A DNA stretch of 64,000 bases. Origin: Anaeromyxobacteraceae bacterium. GTDB taxonomy: Bacteria; Myxococcota; Myxococcia; Myxococcales; Anaeromyxobacteraceae. The notes beneath the pieces were generated by a model. The model did not search any database. It was not told the DNA's origin and worked only from the letters and a program-made list of their open reading frames with translations. A program made the translations under genes and the position numbers. The stretch covers positions 1 through 64,000 of the forward strand of contig JASGHJ010000002.1 in the NCBI GenBank assembly GCA_047602405.1. Direction: 5' to 3'. Positions within the stretch are counted from its first letter, which is position 1. The number at the start of each line of letters is the position of its first letter. Positions 1 through 8,764 of the stretch are shown piece by piece.

Positions 1-772
1 CGAGCCCGCCTTCGCGCGAGCGCGCGAGGACCTCCAGCGCCTCGGCGCGCCCGATGGGGCGGCCGAAGCCGCGGCGCACCACGAACTCGGCGCCGCCGCC
101 GAGCGACAGGCAGACCTCCATGGGCGCGCCGCAGGCCTCGCCCACGTGCTCGGCCTTGTGCCGGCAGTAGCAGAGCGAGACGGCCCAGGCCTTCGCGTCG
201 CCCACCACCGCGCTCGCCCGCTCCCAGTCGAGCACCTCGGGCGCGTCGTCGGCGAGCGGCGGCTCGTGCACGAGCGCGCGCCCGATGACGGTGTCCCGGC
301 CGAGCGCCTCGCGCGCGAAGGCGGGGTCACCGTGGGTGTAGGCGTGCAGGGCCTCCGCCATGCGCTTCTTCGGGATGGTGTCGCGCTTGCCGTCGCCGAA
401 GGGCGCGTCCTGCGCCCGCATGAGCGAGTACTCGAAGAACCCGACCACCGGCGGCGACAGGAAGTAGCTCACCCGCCCCGAGCGCGGCTCGACGAGGTCC
501 ATCACGAGCCCCTTGTCGCACATGGCGTCGAGCTTCGGCCCGAGCTCGGCCTCGGCGACGCCGAGGCGGCCGGCGAGCGTGCGGAGCGAGGTCGGCCGGA
601 AGGGCATCCGGGCCGCGATCGCCGCCTCCTCGGGCGTCCAGAGGATCTCGAGGATCTCCTTCCAGCCGGCCCACGCGGCGGGATCGGAGGGCTCCGGGAA
701 GCCGACGAGCCCGTCCTCCAGCCGGTCGGCGAGCTCCCGGTACTCCGCCTTGAGGTGCCCGAGGTGGCCCAT
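1..772 (-). CDS. Fe-S (4Fe-4S dicluster-type) protein, 5' part; runs off the window
   Basis: Translated by hand from ATG 772: MGHLGHLKAEYRELADRL...WTPEEAAIAARMP...PPVVGFFEY...CYCRH...C...EVCL; Cys pattern and N-terminal helical domain typical of this anaerobe family. Not in the ORF track. Confidence 0.75.
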   Translation of the reverse strand, partial: MGHLGHLKAEYRELADRLEDGLVGFPEPSDPAAWAGWKEILEILWTPEEAAIAARMPFRPTSLRTLAGRLGVAEAELGPKLDAMCDKGLVMDLVEPRSGRVSYFLSPPVVGFFEYSLMRAQDAPFGDGKRDTIPKKRMAEALHAYTHGDPAFAREALGRDTVIGRALVHEPPLADDAPEVLDWERASAVVGDAKAWAVSLCYCRHKAEHVGEACGAPMEVCLSLGGGAEFVVRRGFGRPIGRAEALEVLARSREGGL

Positions 773-845
773 GCCCGACCCGTAGCACGGTCCGGGGATC
801 CGCCGTCTTGAGCCCGCTCAGGACGGGGAGGACCCCCTCTGTACT

Positions 846-909
846 TCCGGGGGGCTCGGCGCCCCCCGCCCCGCCGAGCGAAGCTCGTCGGGGCCCCACC
901 CCGGCAGCA
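846..909. repeat. 64-bp palindromic repeat, family B, copy 1 (intergenic)
   Basis: TCCGGGGGGCTCGGCGCCCCCCGCCCCGCCGAGCGAAGCTCGTCGGGGCCCCACCCCGGCAGCA, identical to 22403-22466; two internal hairpins. Confidence 0.9.
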
Positions 910-1012
910 TCCCCGTCCGGAGCGTGTGTCCCTCGGGAAGGCCCCCCGGTGTTGAGAAAGTTGCAGGTCCCTCGCCGGGCGGAGAGGCTCCGAAGCCGGC
1001 GACAGGGCACCG

Positions 1013-1519
1013 ATGACGAACAGGAACGACGAGCACGGCGAACGGGTCGTGCGGCTCTACCGGGAGTTTGGCCCGGTGGTGTTCCGCAGGTGCCTCCGTC
1101 TGCTCCGCGATCCCGAGGCGGCGAGGGACGCCACGCAGGAGGTCTTCGTGAAGCTCGTGCGCGAGGCCGGTCGCCTGGAGGATCCGGAGGCCATGTTGCA
1201 GTGGGTGTACCGCGTCGCGACGAACCACTGCCTCAACGTCTCCCGGAACCGCCGCAAGCGGCCGGAGGCCGGCGATCCGGAGGCGGCGCTCGAGCTCGCC
1301 CCGGCGACCACGCCGTCGATCCCCGACGGGCGGCTCGCCCGCGAGCTGCTCGAGCGCTTCGACCCGCGCACCCGCGCCATCGCGGTGGGGGTGCTCGTCG
1401 ACGGGCTCGAGCACGAGGAGATGGCCGGCATCCTCGGCATCTCCCGCAAGACCGTGCAGCGCACGGTGCAGAGGTTCCTCGAGCGCTCCCGCGAGCTGCT
1501 CGCGCGAGGTGAGTCGTGA
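1013..1519 (+). CDS. ECF (sigma-70 group 4) sigma factor
   Basis: Region 2 motifs (ARDATQEVF, WVYRVATNHCLN) and region 4 HTH (EEMAGILGISRKTV). Confidence 0.92.
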   Translation: MTNRNDEHGERVVRLYREFGPVVFRRCLRLLRDPEAARDATQEVFVKLVREAGRLEDPEAMLQWVYRVATNHCLNVSRNRRKRPEAGDPEAALELAPATTPSIPDGRLARELLERFDPRTRAIAVGVLVDGLEHEEMAGILGISRKTVQRTVQRFLERSRELLARGES

Positions 1520-2289
1520 CCCGTTGCCCCTCCGAGCTCGACCTCGAGCGCCACCTCCGCGCGCCGATGCCCGCGGTCGCGGCCCACCTCGAGGCCTGCG
1601 AGCGCTGCCGCGCCCGGGAGGCCTGGGCCCGCGATGCGGAGGCCACCTTCCGCCGCGAGGTGTTCCCCGCCACGGTCGACGCCGTCGTCGAGGCCACCCG
1701 CCCGCGCCGCGCGCGCTGGGCGCTCCTCCTCGTGCCGGCGCTCGCCGCGGCGGCGGCGGTGGTGCTCGTGCTGCCGCAGGGCGCGGTGCAGCCGGCGCGC
1801 GAGCTCGAGCCGCCGCCCGGCTACCTGGGCCCGAAGGGCGGGCTCGCGCTCGCCGTGTACGCGGACGAGCCGGGCGGCGCCCGCGCGGTGCCGGACGCCG
1901 CGGCCGTCGCCGCGACCGCCGGGCTGCGCTTCGAGGTCCGCCCGCCGCGGCCTTGCCACCTCTGGCTCGCCTCCCTGGACGCGGCCGGGCAGGTCTCGCG
2001 CCTGCACCCGGCCGCGGGCGGGCCGGTCCTCGTCGACGGCGACGTCGTGCTCCCGGGCGGCGCGGTGCTCGACGGCCGGCCGGGCCCCGAGCGCCTGTAC
2101 GCCGTCTGCACCCCCGAGCCCGTGGCGTTCGACGCGGTGGCGGCCGCGGTCCGCGCCGCGGCGGCGGGCGAGGCCGGTGCCGCCGCCGGCGGCGAGGCCT
2201 CCGTTCGGGCCGCACGCGAGCTGCCCGGACTGCCTAAAGGATCGCTCGTCACCACGGTCCTCCTGGAGAAGCGCCCCGCCTCACCATGA
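1516..2289 (+). CDS. Zinc-finger (zf-HC2) anti-sigma factor with TM helix and DUF4384-like periplasmic domain
   Basis: HLEACERC motif, hydrophobic segment, GPKGG motif; GTGA overlap with the sigma gene. Confidence 0.8.
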   Translation: MTRCPSELDLERHLRAPMPAVAAHLEACERCRAREAWARDAEATFRREVFPATVDAVVEATRPRRARWALLLVPALAAAAAVVLVLPQGAVQPARELEPPPGYLGPKGGLALAVYADEPGGARAVPDAAAVAATAGLRFEVRPPRPCHLWLASLDAAGQVSRLHPAAGGPVLVDGDVVLPGGAVLDGRPGPERLYAVCTPEPVAFDAVAAAVRAAAAGEAGAAAGGEASVRAARELPGLPKGSLVTTVLLEKRPASP

Positions 2290-3803
2290 CCCGTCGCACC
2301 GCCGCCCTCGCGCTGCTCGCCGCCACCCTGTGGACGGCGCCGCGCGGAGCGCAGGCGGCGGGCCGCTTCGCGGTGGTGGTCGGCAACGACCTCGGCAGCC
2401 CGGCGCGGGCCCGCCTCTGGTTCGCCGAGCGCGACGCCGAGCGCTTCCGCCGCACGCTCGTCGAGCTCGGCGACTTCGACGAGGACCGGGTCACGCTCGT
2501 CCGCGGCGGCAACGCCGACCGCGTGCGCGAGGCCCTGGCCGCGATGGAGGTGCGGGTCAAGGCGGCCCGCGCCGCCGGCGAGCACCCGCTGCTCGTCGTC
2601 TACTTCTCCGGCCACGCCGGGCCGGGCGGGCTCGAGCTCGGCACCACCACGCTCCCGTTCGCGGAGCTGCGCGCGGCGGTCGCCGCGAGCTCCGCCGAGG
2701 CCCGCGTCGCGATCGTGGACGCGTGCGAGTCGGGGCAGCTCACCCAGGTGAAGGGCGCGGTCGCGGCGCCCGCCCTCGACTTCGCGGTGCCCGCCGACGA
2801 GCGCGTCCGCGGGAGCGCCTTCCTCGCCTCGACCGCCCTCGGCGAGAGCGCCCAGGAGTCCGCCGCGCTGGGTGGCAGCTTCTTCACGCACCACCTCGAG
2901 ATCGCGCTCCGCGGCGCGGGCGACGCCGACGGCGACGGGCTCGTCACGCTCGGCGAGGCCTTCCGGTACACCTCTGCGCAGACGCGGGCCGGCACGCTCG
3001 GCACCCAGCTCGGGCCGCAGCACCCGACCTACGACTTCCGCATGTCCGGCCGCGGCGACGTCGTGCTCTCCGACCTCCGCCGGGCGGACGCGCGCGTCTC
3101 GCTCCCGCCCGACCCGGGCGCGACCTACGTGCTCCGCGGCCCGATGCAGATCGTGGCCGAGGTCGAGGCCGGCCCGAAGCCGGTGCTGCTCGCGCTGCCC
3201 GCCGGCCGGTACCGCGTCGAGCGCCGCGCGCCGGAGGGCAGGGCCACCGCGGAGCTCGTCCTCCCGTCCGGCGGGACGCAGCTGTTGCCCCCGCTCGCGC
3301 CGACCCGCTACGAGCTCGCGCGGGCGAAGGGCGGCCCGAAGCCCGGCCTCGTCTTCGCCGGCTTCGGCGGCTCGCAGGTCGGCCCCGGCGGCTTCGGCAC
3401 GCTCCCGGCGATGCGGCTCGGGGTGCGCAAGGAGGTCGGCCCGATCGGCGTGCGGGTCCGCCTCGACTACGGCGCGCGCACCGTGAACGACGCCGGCCTG
3501 CGCTTCGACCTCTCCTACACCGGCGGCGCGCTCGCGGCGCTCTACCCCCTGAACGCGAGCCGGATCCTGGTCGAGGTCGGGCCGGAGGTCGGCGGCGGCT
3601 ACGCGTCGCAGCGGCTGCGCGACCGGCGCAGCTTCGGCTCGGCGCTGGGCTACGCGGGGCTCGCCGCGATGGCCACGGCGCCGCTCGGGCCGGTGCGCGT
3701 CGGGCTCGACGCCGGCGCCGGCGTCCAGGTGATGCGGCTCAACTTCGAGACCTCGGTGCGGCCCGGCCTCCACGCCTCCTTCCTCGCGCTGTGGGGCTTC
3801 TGA
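2286..3803 (+). CDS. Exported caspase-family (peptidase C14) protein with C-terminal beta-barrel-like region
   Basis: Signal peptide; YFSGHA (His) and IVDACESG (Cys) dyad motifs; GSFFTHHL; amphipathic strands ending in terminal Phe. Confidence 0.88.
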   Translation: MTRRTAALALLAATLWTAPRGAQAAGRFAVVVGNDLGSPARARLWFAERDAERFRRTLVELGDFDEDRVTLVRGGNADRVREALAAMEVRVKAARAAGEHPLLVVYFSGHAGPGGLELGTTTLPFAELRAAVAASSAEARVAIVDACESGQLTQVKGAVAAPALDFAVPADERVRGSAFLASTALGESAQESAALGGSFFTHHLEIALRGAGDADGDGLVTLGEAFRYTSAQTRAGTLGTQLGPQHPTYDFRMSGRGDVVLSDLRRADARVSLPPDPGATYVLRGPMQIVAEVEAGPKPVLLALPAGRYRVERRAPEGRATAELVLPSGGTQLLPPLAPTRYELARAKGGPKPGLVFAGFGGSQVGPGGFGTLPAMRLGVRKEVGPIGVRVRLDYGARTVNDAGLRFDLSYTGGALAALYPLNASRILVEVGPEVGGGYASQRLRDRRSFGSALGYAGLAAMATAPLGPVRVGLDAGAGVQVMRLNFETSVRPGLHASFLALWGF

Positions 3804-3805
3804 CC

Positions 3806-5224
3806 GTGCCGCGCCCCTCCTCCCGCCCGCGCCTCGCCGCCCTCGCGCTCCTCGCGGCGCTCGCCGCGTGCTCCGACTCGCTCGTCGACCACCGCGCCGA
3901 TCCGGCGGTGCTGCACCCGCCCTGCGGCGCCGGCGAGACCCGCTGCGGGGACCGCTGCGTCGCCGAGGACGCGCGCCACTGCGGCGACGCCTGCGCCGAC
4001 TGCGCCGCCGGGAGCCCTCCGCCCGCGAACGCGAGCGCCGTCTGCACCGAGCAGCGCGCCTGCGCGTTCGAGTGCGCCCCGGGCTGGCTCCTGCACGGCG
4101 GCGCGTGCGAGCGGGCCGCCGCGGTCTCGGCCGGCTTCGCGCACGCCTGCGCGCTGACGTCCGGCGGCGGGGTGAAGTGCTGGGGCTCGAACGATCACGG
4201 CCAGCTCGGCGACGGGACCACCACCGATCGCTCCCGCCCGGTCGACGTGGTGCTGCCGGCGCCCGCCACCGCGGTCGGCGTCGGCTTCTTCCATACCTGC
4301 GCGGCGGCCGGGGGGAAGGTCTACTGCTGGGGCGACAACGCCACCGGCTCCCTCGGCGACGGCTCGCACGTGCCGAGCCCGAGCCCGGTGCTCGTGCCGG
4401 GCGTCACCGGGACCGTCGAGCTCGGCGCGGGCGGCGGGCGCACCGGCGGCACCACGGTCTTCGACTACGGCCACAGCTGCGCGCGCGACGCGCAGGGCGC
4501 CATCCGCTGCTGGGGCGGCAACGAGTCGGGGCAGCTCGGCAACGGCAAGTTCGAGGACGCGGGCAACGCGGTGCCGCAGCCGGCGGTGGCGCTGCCGGGG
4601 CCGGCGAGCGCGCTCGCGGTCGGCGACCGGCACACCTGCGCCGTCGTCGCGGGCCAGGTGCTCTGCTGGGGCGCCGACAGCTCGGGCCAGGCCGGCAACG
4701 GCGAACCGCGGGCGAACGTGGACCTCCCCGTGGTCGCGCTCGCCTCCGGGGCGACCGCGGTCGCCGCGGGCGCGGCGCACACCTGCGCCATCGCGCCGGC
4801 GGCGGGCGGGAGCGGCGTCCTGTGCTGGGGCGCCAACCTCGAGGGCCAGGCCGACGGCGGCACGAACCTCGAGGCCGCCTACACCGCCCCGCACGCCGTG
4901 TCGCTCGGCGACATCCCGGCGCCCGCGCTCGTCTCGGCGGGCCGCGCCCACACCTGCGTGCTCGCGCCGGGCGTGCAGGACGGCGCGACCTGCTTCGGCG
5001 CGAACGACTCCGGCCAGCTCGGCGTCGCGCCGGGCTCGTTCAACCGCGGCATCGGGCGGCCCGCGCTCCCGCCCGCGGCGCAGATCGTCTCCGGGTACCG
5101 GCACAACTGCGCGCTCCTCGCCGACGGCGGCGTGGTCTGCTTCGGCGCGAACGACCTCGGGCAGCTCGGGCGCGGCGCGACGGTCAGCGCGTCCGAGGTG
5201 CCTGCGCCCGTGAGCGGCCGCTGA
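3806..5224 (+). CDS. RCC1-repeat lipoprotein with Cys-rich N-terminal region
   Basis: GTG 3806; lipobox LAAC; repeated CWGxNxxGQLG and GxxHTC RCC1-type motifs. Confidence 0.88.
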   Translation: MPRPSSRPRLAALALLAALAACSDSLVDHRADPAVLHPPCGAGETRCGDRCVAEDARHCGDACADCAAGSPPPANASAVCTEQRACAFECAPGWLLHGGACERAAAVSAGFAHACALTSGGGVKCWGSNDHGQLGDGTTTDRSRPVDVVLPAPATAVGVGFFHTCAAAGGKVYCWGDNATGSLGDGSHVPSPSPVLVPGVTGTVELGAGGGRTGGTTVFDYGHSCARDAQGAIRCWGGNESGQLGNGKFEDAGNAVPQPAVALPGPASALAVGDRHTCAVVAGQVLCWGADSSGQAGNGEPRANVDLPVVALASGATAVAAGAAHTCAIAPAAGGSGVLCWGANLEGQADGGTNLEAAYTAPHAVSLGDIPAPALVSAGRAHTCVLAPGVQDGATCFGANDSGQLGVAPGSFNRGIGRPALPPAAQIVSGYRHNCALLADGGVVCFGANDLGQLGRGATVSASEVPAPVSGR

Positions 5225-5296
5225 CCCGGGCGGTCGGGCGGGACCCGCCGGGGCGCGGGGTCCCCCTCGGCCAAACGAGCGAAATCGGCGGGTATT

Positions 5297-5312
5297 TGGC
5301 CTGGGCCATGCA
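5297..5312 (+). promoter_or_regulatory. Candidate sigma-54 promoter
   Basis: TGGCCTGGGCCATGCA: GG-N10-GC, upstream of the kinase start at 5350. Confidence 0.4.
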
Positions 5313-5349
5313 GCCCGGCCGCGGCCCGACGCGTGCTTTCAGCGGAGAC

Positions 5350-6843
5350 GTGAACCTCGTGCCGGCCATCTCGTTCGCCGCGGCCTCGGTGGGCCTCCAT
5401 TCGGCGCTCGTGTGGTCGCGCCTCGCGAGGGCGCCGGGCTGGAGCCACCAGCGGTGGTTCGGCGCGGCCGGGCTCGCGGGGTCGGCGTACGCGCTCTGCG
5501 GGGCGATCATCGACGCGGGCCTCGGGGCGGCGATCGTCCCGCGCATCGTCGGGCTGCAGGTCGCCCTCGCGATCGGCTGGGTGGTGGCCTGGCAGTACTA
5601 CGCGGACGGCTTCACCGGCCGGCGCCTCCCCCCGGCGCTCCAGGTGCTGCGCGCGGCCTACGGCGCGCTCGCGCTCGTCCCGCTCGTGGCGCCCGGTTCC
5701 CTCGTGGGCACCTCGGGCATCCACGTGCACGTCTTCTGGCCCGGGGTCCTCGAGTACCACGCCATCGAGTGGACCGCGGCCGGCATGGCCATCGCCGCGG
5801 CCGTGATCCTCGGCGCGCTCTCGCCGGTCGTCCACTTCCTCCGGGCGTGGCGGCGCGGGGTGCCGTCCGCGGGCGTCCACGTCCTCGCGCTCGCCTCGAT
5901 GGTGCCGGTGGCCGTGAACGACGTGCTCGCCTCCGACGGCCTCTACGGAGGTCCGCTCCTCCTCGAGCTCGGGATGGTGGTGCCGGTGACCGCGGTCGCG
6001 TTCGCGGCCACGGGGCGGTTCGTGCGCGAGGCGCGCGAGCTGGACCGGCTCCGGGGCGACCTCGAGCGGGCGGTGGCCGAGCGCACCACGAAGCTCTGCC
6101 AGGTCCAGGATGCGCTGAACGACGCCGAGCGCCTCGCCGCGCTGGGGCAGTTCGCGGGCGGCATCGCGCACGAGGTGAACAACCCGGCGGCGGCCGTGTC
6201 GGTGAACCTCCGCTACATCCGCGAGCACGCGGACCCGGGGCCGAACCGTGACGAGCTCCGCGAGGCGGCCGCCGAGGGCATCCTCGCCATCGACCGCATC
6301 GTGGCGCTCGTGAAGCGCCTCTCCGAGGCGGGCCGGCTCGCCGGCCGTCCCCGCGACGGCGCGAGCTGCGAGGTCGCCCAGCCCATCGTGCGCGCGGTCG
6401 AGGACGTGTCGCGCCGGTGGCCGGACGGGCGGGTCGCGTTCCGCCTGACGCCGCTTCCGGGCGTCCGCGTCTCGGCGCCCGACCCGGACATCCACCACGC
6501 GGTCCAGGCGCTCCTCGTGAACGCGGCCGAGGCGGTGCCGGAGGCGCGCGAGGGGAGCGTGCACGTCTCGGTGGCGGTCGCCGACGGCCGCGTGGCCGTG
6601 ACCGTCGAGGACGACGGGGTCGGCCTCGGCCCCGACGCCGCGCGCCGCGCCTTCGAGCCGTTCTTCTCGACGAAGGCGCCCGGGCGCGGGCCCGGCCTCG
6701 GGCTCACGCTCGCCCGCGCCTTCGCCCGCCGCTACGGCGGCGACGTCCGGCTCGAGCCGCGGGAGGCCGGCGGCACGCGCGCGCTGCTGTCGCTCCCGGT
6801 CGCGGCCGCCGAGGCCGCCGGCGCGAGCCGCTCCGCCGCGTGA
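5350..6843 (+). CDS. Membrane sensor histidine kinase (multi-TM N-terminus)
   Basis: GTG 5350 after GGAG; H-box GIAHEVNNP, N-box LLVNAAEA, DDGVG, FEPFFSTK, GLGL. Confidence 0.9.
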   Translation: MNLVPAISFAAASVGLHSALVWSRLARAPGWSHQRWFGAAGLAGSAYALCGAIIDAGLGAAIVPRIVGLQVALAIGWVVAWQYYADGFTGRRLPPALQVLRAAYGALALVPLVAPGSLVGTSGIHVHVFWPGVLEYHAIEWTAAGMAIAAAVILGALSPVVHFLRAWRRGVPSAGVHVLALASMVPVAVNDVLASDGLYGGPLLLELGMVVPVTAVAFAATGRFVREARELDRLRGDLERAVAERTTKLCQVQDALNDAERLAALGQFAGGIAHEVNNPAAAVSVNLRYIREHADPGPNRDELREAAAEGILAIDRIVALVKRLSEAGRLAGRPRDGASCEVAQPIVRAVEDVSRRWPDGRVAFRLTPLPGVRVSAPDPDIHHAVQALLVNAAEAVPEAREGSVHVSVAVADGRVAVTVEDDGVGLGPDAARRAFEPFFSTKAPGRGPGLGLTLARAFARRYGGDVRLEPREAGGTRALLSLPVAAAEAAGASRSAA

Positions 6844-6877
6844 CCGCGCCGGGCGGGCTCTGGTACGTTCCGGGCCC

Positions 6878-7276
6878 GTGAGGACCGCACCGCACCGCCC
6901 GCCGCGCCCCGCGCTGGCCCTCGTGGCCGCGGCCGCCGCCTCCCTCGCCGCCTGCGAGAAGGACACCGAGCACAACCGCTTCGCCGAGGGCGTGGCCGAG
7001 GAGATGTTCCGCTCGAGCCTCGTCATCGAGAACTCCTCGCGGAACCTCGCCGCGTTCTCCGCCGCGCAGGCCGAGGCCGCCGCGCGCCGCGGGAACGCCG
7101 CCGAGGAGAGCGCGTTCCGGGCGTCGGCCGAGGAGGCCCGGCGGCGCCTCGTCGAGGACCAGACGGAGACCGCGCGGCGCAGGGGGGAGTTCCTGGGGGC
7201 CTGCGCGGTCAGGGGGTTGCCCAGGGGGACCTGCGAGGAGAGGGCACAGGCAATCGAGAGGGATGCCAGGAGGTAG
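6878..7276 (+). CDS. Hypothetical lipoprotein
   Basis: Lipobox LAAC; TGG-TACGTT -10-like box 8 nt before GTG. Confidence 0.7.
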   Translation: MRTAPHRPPRPALALVAAAAASLAACEKDTEHNRFAEGVAEEMFRSSLVIENSSRNLAAFSAAQAEAAARRGNAAEESAFRASAEEARRRLVEDQTETARRRGEFLGACAVRGLPRGTCEERAQAIERDARR

Positions 7277-7282
7277 AGGGGG

Positions 7283-7493
7283 CGGAGACGGATTCGGAGT
7301 CGGAGACGGATCCGGAGACGGATTCGGAGACGGATTCGGATTCGGATTCGGAGACGGATTCGGATTCGGAGACGGATTCGGAGACGGATTCGGAGTGGGA
7401 GACGGATTCGGATTCGGAGTGGGTGGACGGATTCGGATTCGGAGGGGGTGGACGGAGTCGGATTCGGATTCGGAGACGGGAGTCGGAGACGGA
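7283..7493 (+). repeat. Hexamer tandem array (CGGAGA/CGGATT/CGGAGT), about 35 units
   Basis: Directly visible 6-nt periodicity. Confidence 0.95.
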
Positions 7494-7504
7494 AGCCACC
7501 GTGT

Positions 7505-7548
7505 GTCCCGAGCGTAGCCGCCGCGACGCGGCGGCGGAGACGAGGGAC
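7505..7548 (+). repeat. REP-like element, family A
   Basis: GTCCCGAGCGTAG-[hairpin CCGCCGCG/CGCGGCGG]-CGGAGACGAGGGAC. Confidence 0.85.
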
Positions 7549-7575
7549 GGCGGAGACGAGTGAGTGGGCCCGTGC

Positions 7576-7714
7576 CTCCTTCCGGCTGTGGGCTGCGTCT
7601 GCTTTGGACGGCGCACGTTTCCTGCCGGGCCACCGCTCGCCTTCGCTCGGTCCCGGGGCCCGTCATGAAACCTGCGCCGGGGGTGGGGCAGACGCAGCCC
7701 ACAGCCGAAAGGAG
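7576..7714 (+). ncRNA. 139-nt long-hairpin leader (putative cis-acting structured RNA), copy 1
   Basis: Outer arms CTCCTTCCGGCTGTGGGCTGCGTCTGC / GCAGACGCAGCCCACAGCCGAAAGGAG pair 26/27; inner arms pair 19/22; the 3' arm contains the AAAGGAG RBS of the gene at 7722. Confidence 0.7.
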
Positions 7715-7721
7715 CCTCCCG

Positions 7722-8072
7722 ATGTCTTCCACCCCCTCCACCTTCATCGCGTACGACGTCGCGCTCACCGTCATCGCCTCTCTCCGCGACCTTCGCGTCG
7801 CGCTCGCGCGGCGGGACGACTCGCTCGCCGATCAGCTCTCCCGCGCGGCGTCGTCCATCCCGCTCAACCTCGCGGAGGGCAACCGCCGCGTGGGCAAGGA
7901 TCGCCTCCACTCCTTCCGCATCGCCGCCGGCAGCGCGGACGAGGTCCGGGCGGCGCTGCACGTCGCCCTGGCCTGGGGCTACGTCTCCGCCGCCGACGCG
8001 GAGCCTGCCCTCCGCGCCTGCGATCGCCTCCTCGGCATGCTCTGGCGCCTCACGGCGCCGCGGGCGGGGTAG
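7722..8072 (+). CDS. Four-helix-bundle protein (TIGR02436 / 23S rRNA IVP-like family)
   Basis: LADQLSRAASSIPLNLAEG and FRIAAGSADEV family motifs; ATG 7 nt after AAAGGAG. Confidence 0.9.
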   Translation: MSSTPSTFIAYDVALTVIASLRDLRVALARRDDSLADQLSRAASSIPLNLAEGNRRVGKDRLHSFRIAAGSADEVRAALHVALAWGYVSAADAEPALRACDRLLGMLWRLTAPRAG

Positions 8073-8124
8073 GCGGCGTAGGCGTCTGCCGGGCGGGGCC
8101 GGCGTGGCCCCGCCCGGACCGACC

Positions 8125-8490
8125 TCACCGCGTGAGCCCGCGGAGCAGCCGCTGCACGCGATCCGCGGGCGCGAGCGCGGGCTGCACGGCCTCGCGCGCC
8201 AGGTACCCGAGCGCCTCGGCGACGTCGAGGCACGCCTGGACCTCGGCGGCGGACCCGAGCGCGACGCGGAAGAGGTGCGGGCGGTCCTTGCCGATGCGGC
8301 GGTTGCCCTCGGCGACGTTCAGCGGCACCGAGGTGACCGCGCGGCGGAGCTGGTCTGCGAGCGAGGGATCGTGGCGGGCGACGAGCGAGATGACGGGCCG
8401 GACCGCTCGCGCGAGCTGGAGGGCGACGTCGTAAGCGTGGAAGGTGGGGGTGAGGGAGGTGGAGGAGGAGGTGGTGGAGGAGAAAGCCAT
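8125..8490 (-). CDS. Four-helix-bundle protein, paralog 2
   Basis: LADQLRRAVTSVPLNVAEG and FRVALGSAAEV; ATG 8490 after AAAGGAA. Confidence 0.9.
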   Translation of the reverse strand: MAFSSTTSSSTSLTPTFHAYDVALQLARAVRPVISLVARHDPSLADQLRRAVTSVPLNVAEGNRRIGKDRPHLFRVALGSAAEVQACLDVAEALGYLAREAVQPALAPADRVQRLLRGLTR

Positions 8491-8497
8491 GGCGAGG

Positions 8498-8636
8498 TTC
8501 CTTTCGGCTGTGGGCTGCGTCTGCCCCACCCCCGGCGCAGGTTTCATGACGGGCCCCGGGCCCAAGCGACGGCGAGCGATGGCCCGGCAGGAAACGTGCG
8601 CCGTCCCAAGCAGACGCAGCCCACGGCCGAAAGGAG
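8498..8636 (-). ncRNA. 139-nt long-hairpin leader, copy 2
   Basis: Reverse complement differs from 7576-7714 at 8 of 139 positions; same position relative to the start codon. Confidence 0.7.
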
Positions 8637-8764
8637 AGCCGGTGATGGCCCCCTCACACGAGTGACGGCCCCCTGACCCGCCGGCGGAGCCCTTCACTCC
8701 GAGTTTCTCTCCTCCCGTCGGACCCGGGTGGGGGAGAGGGGATCACCGGCAGTCCGCCCCCGCG

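Noticed and set aside
7263..7517. 84-aa GDGFG-repeat ORF, and the PNPS/ESES-repeat ORFs over both hexamer arrays
   Set aside because: Stop-free frames are expected in these hexamer arrays, several frames are open at once, and the mirror array has no equivalent ORF; translation cannot be fully excluded.
7576..7714. Hammerhead ribozyme or retron msr-msd
   Set aside because: GAAAC/GTTTC is present but the CUGANGA core is not, and there is no reverse transcriptase in the window.
7560..7721. N-terminal extensions of the four-helix proteins (ORF-track starts 7560 and 8697)
   Set aside because: They read through the hairpin; family similarity and strong RBSs point to 7722 and 8490.
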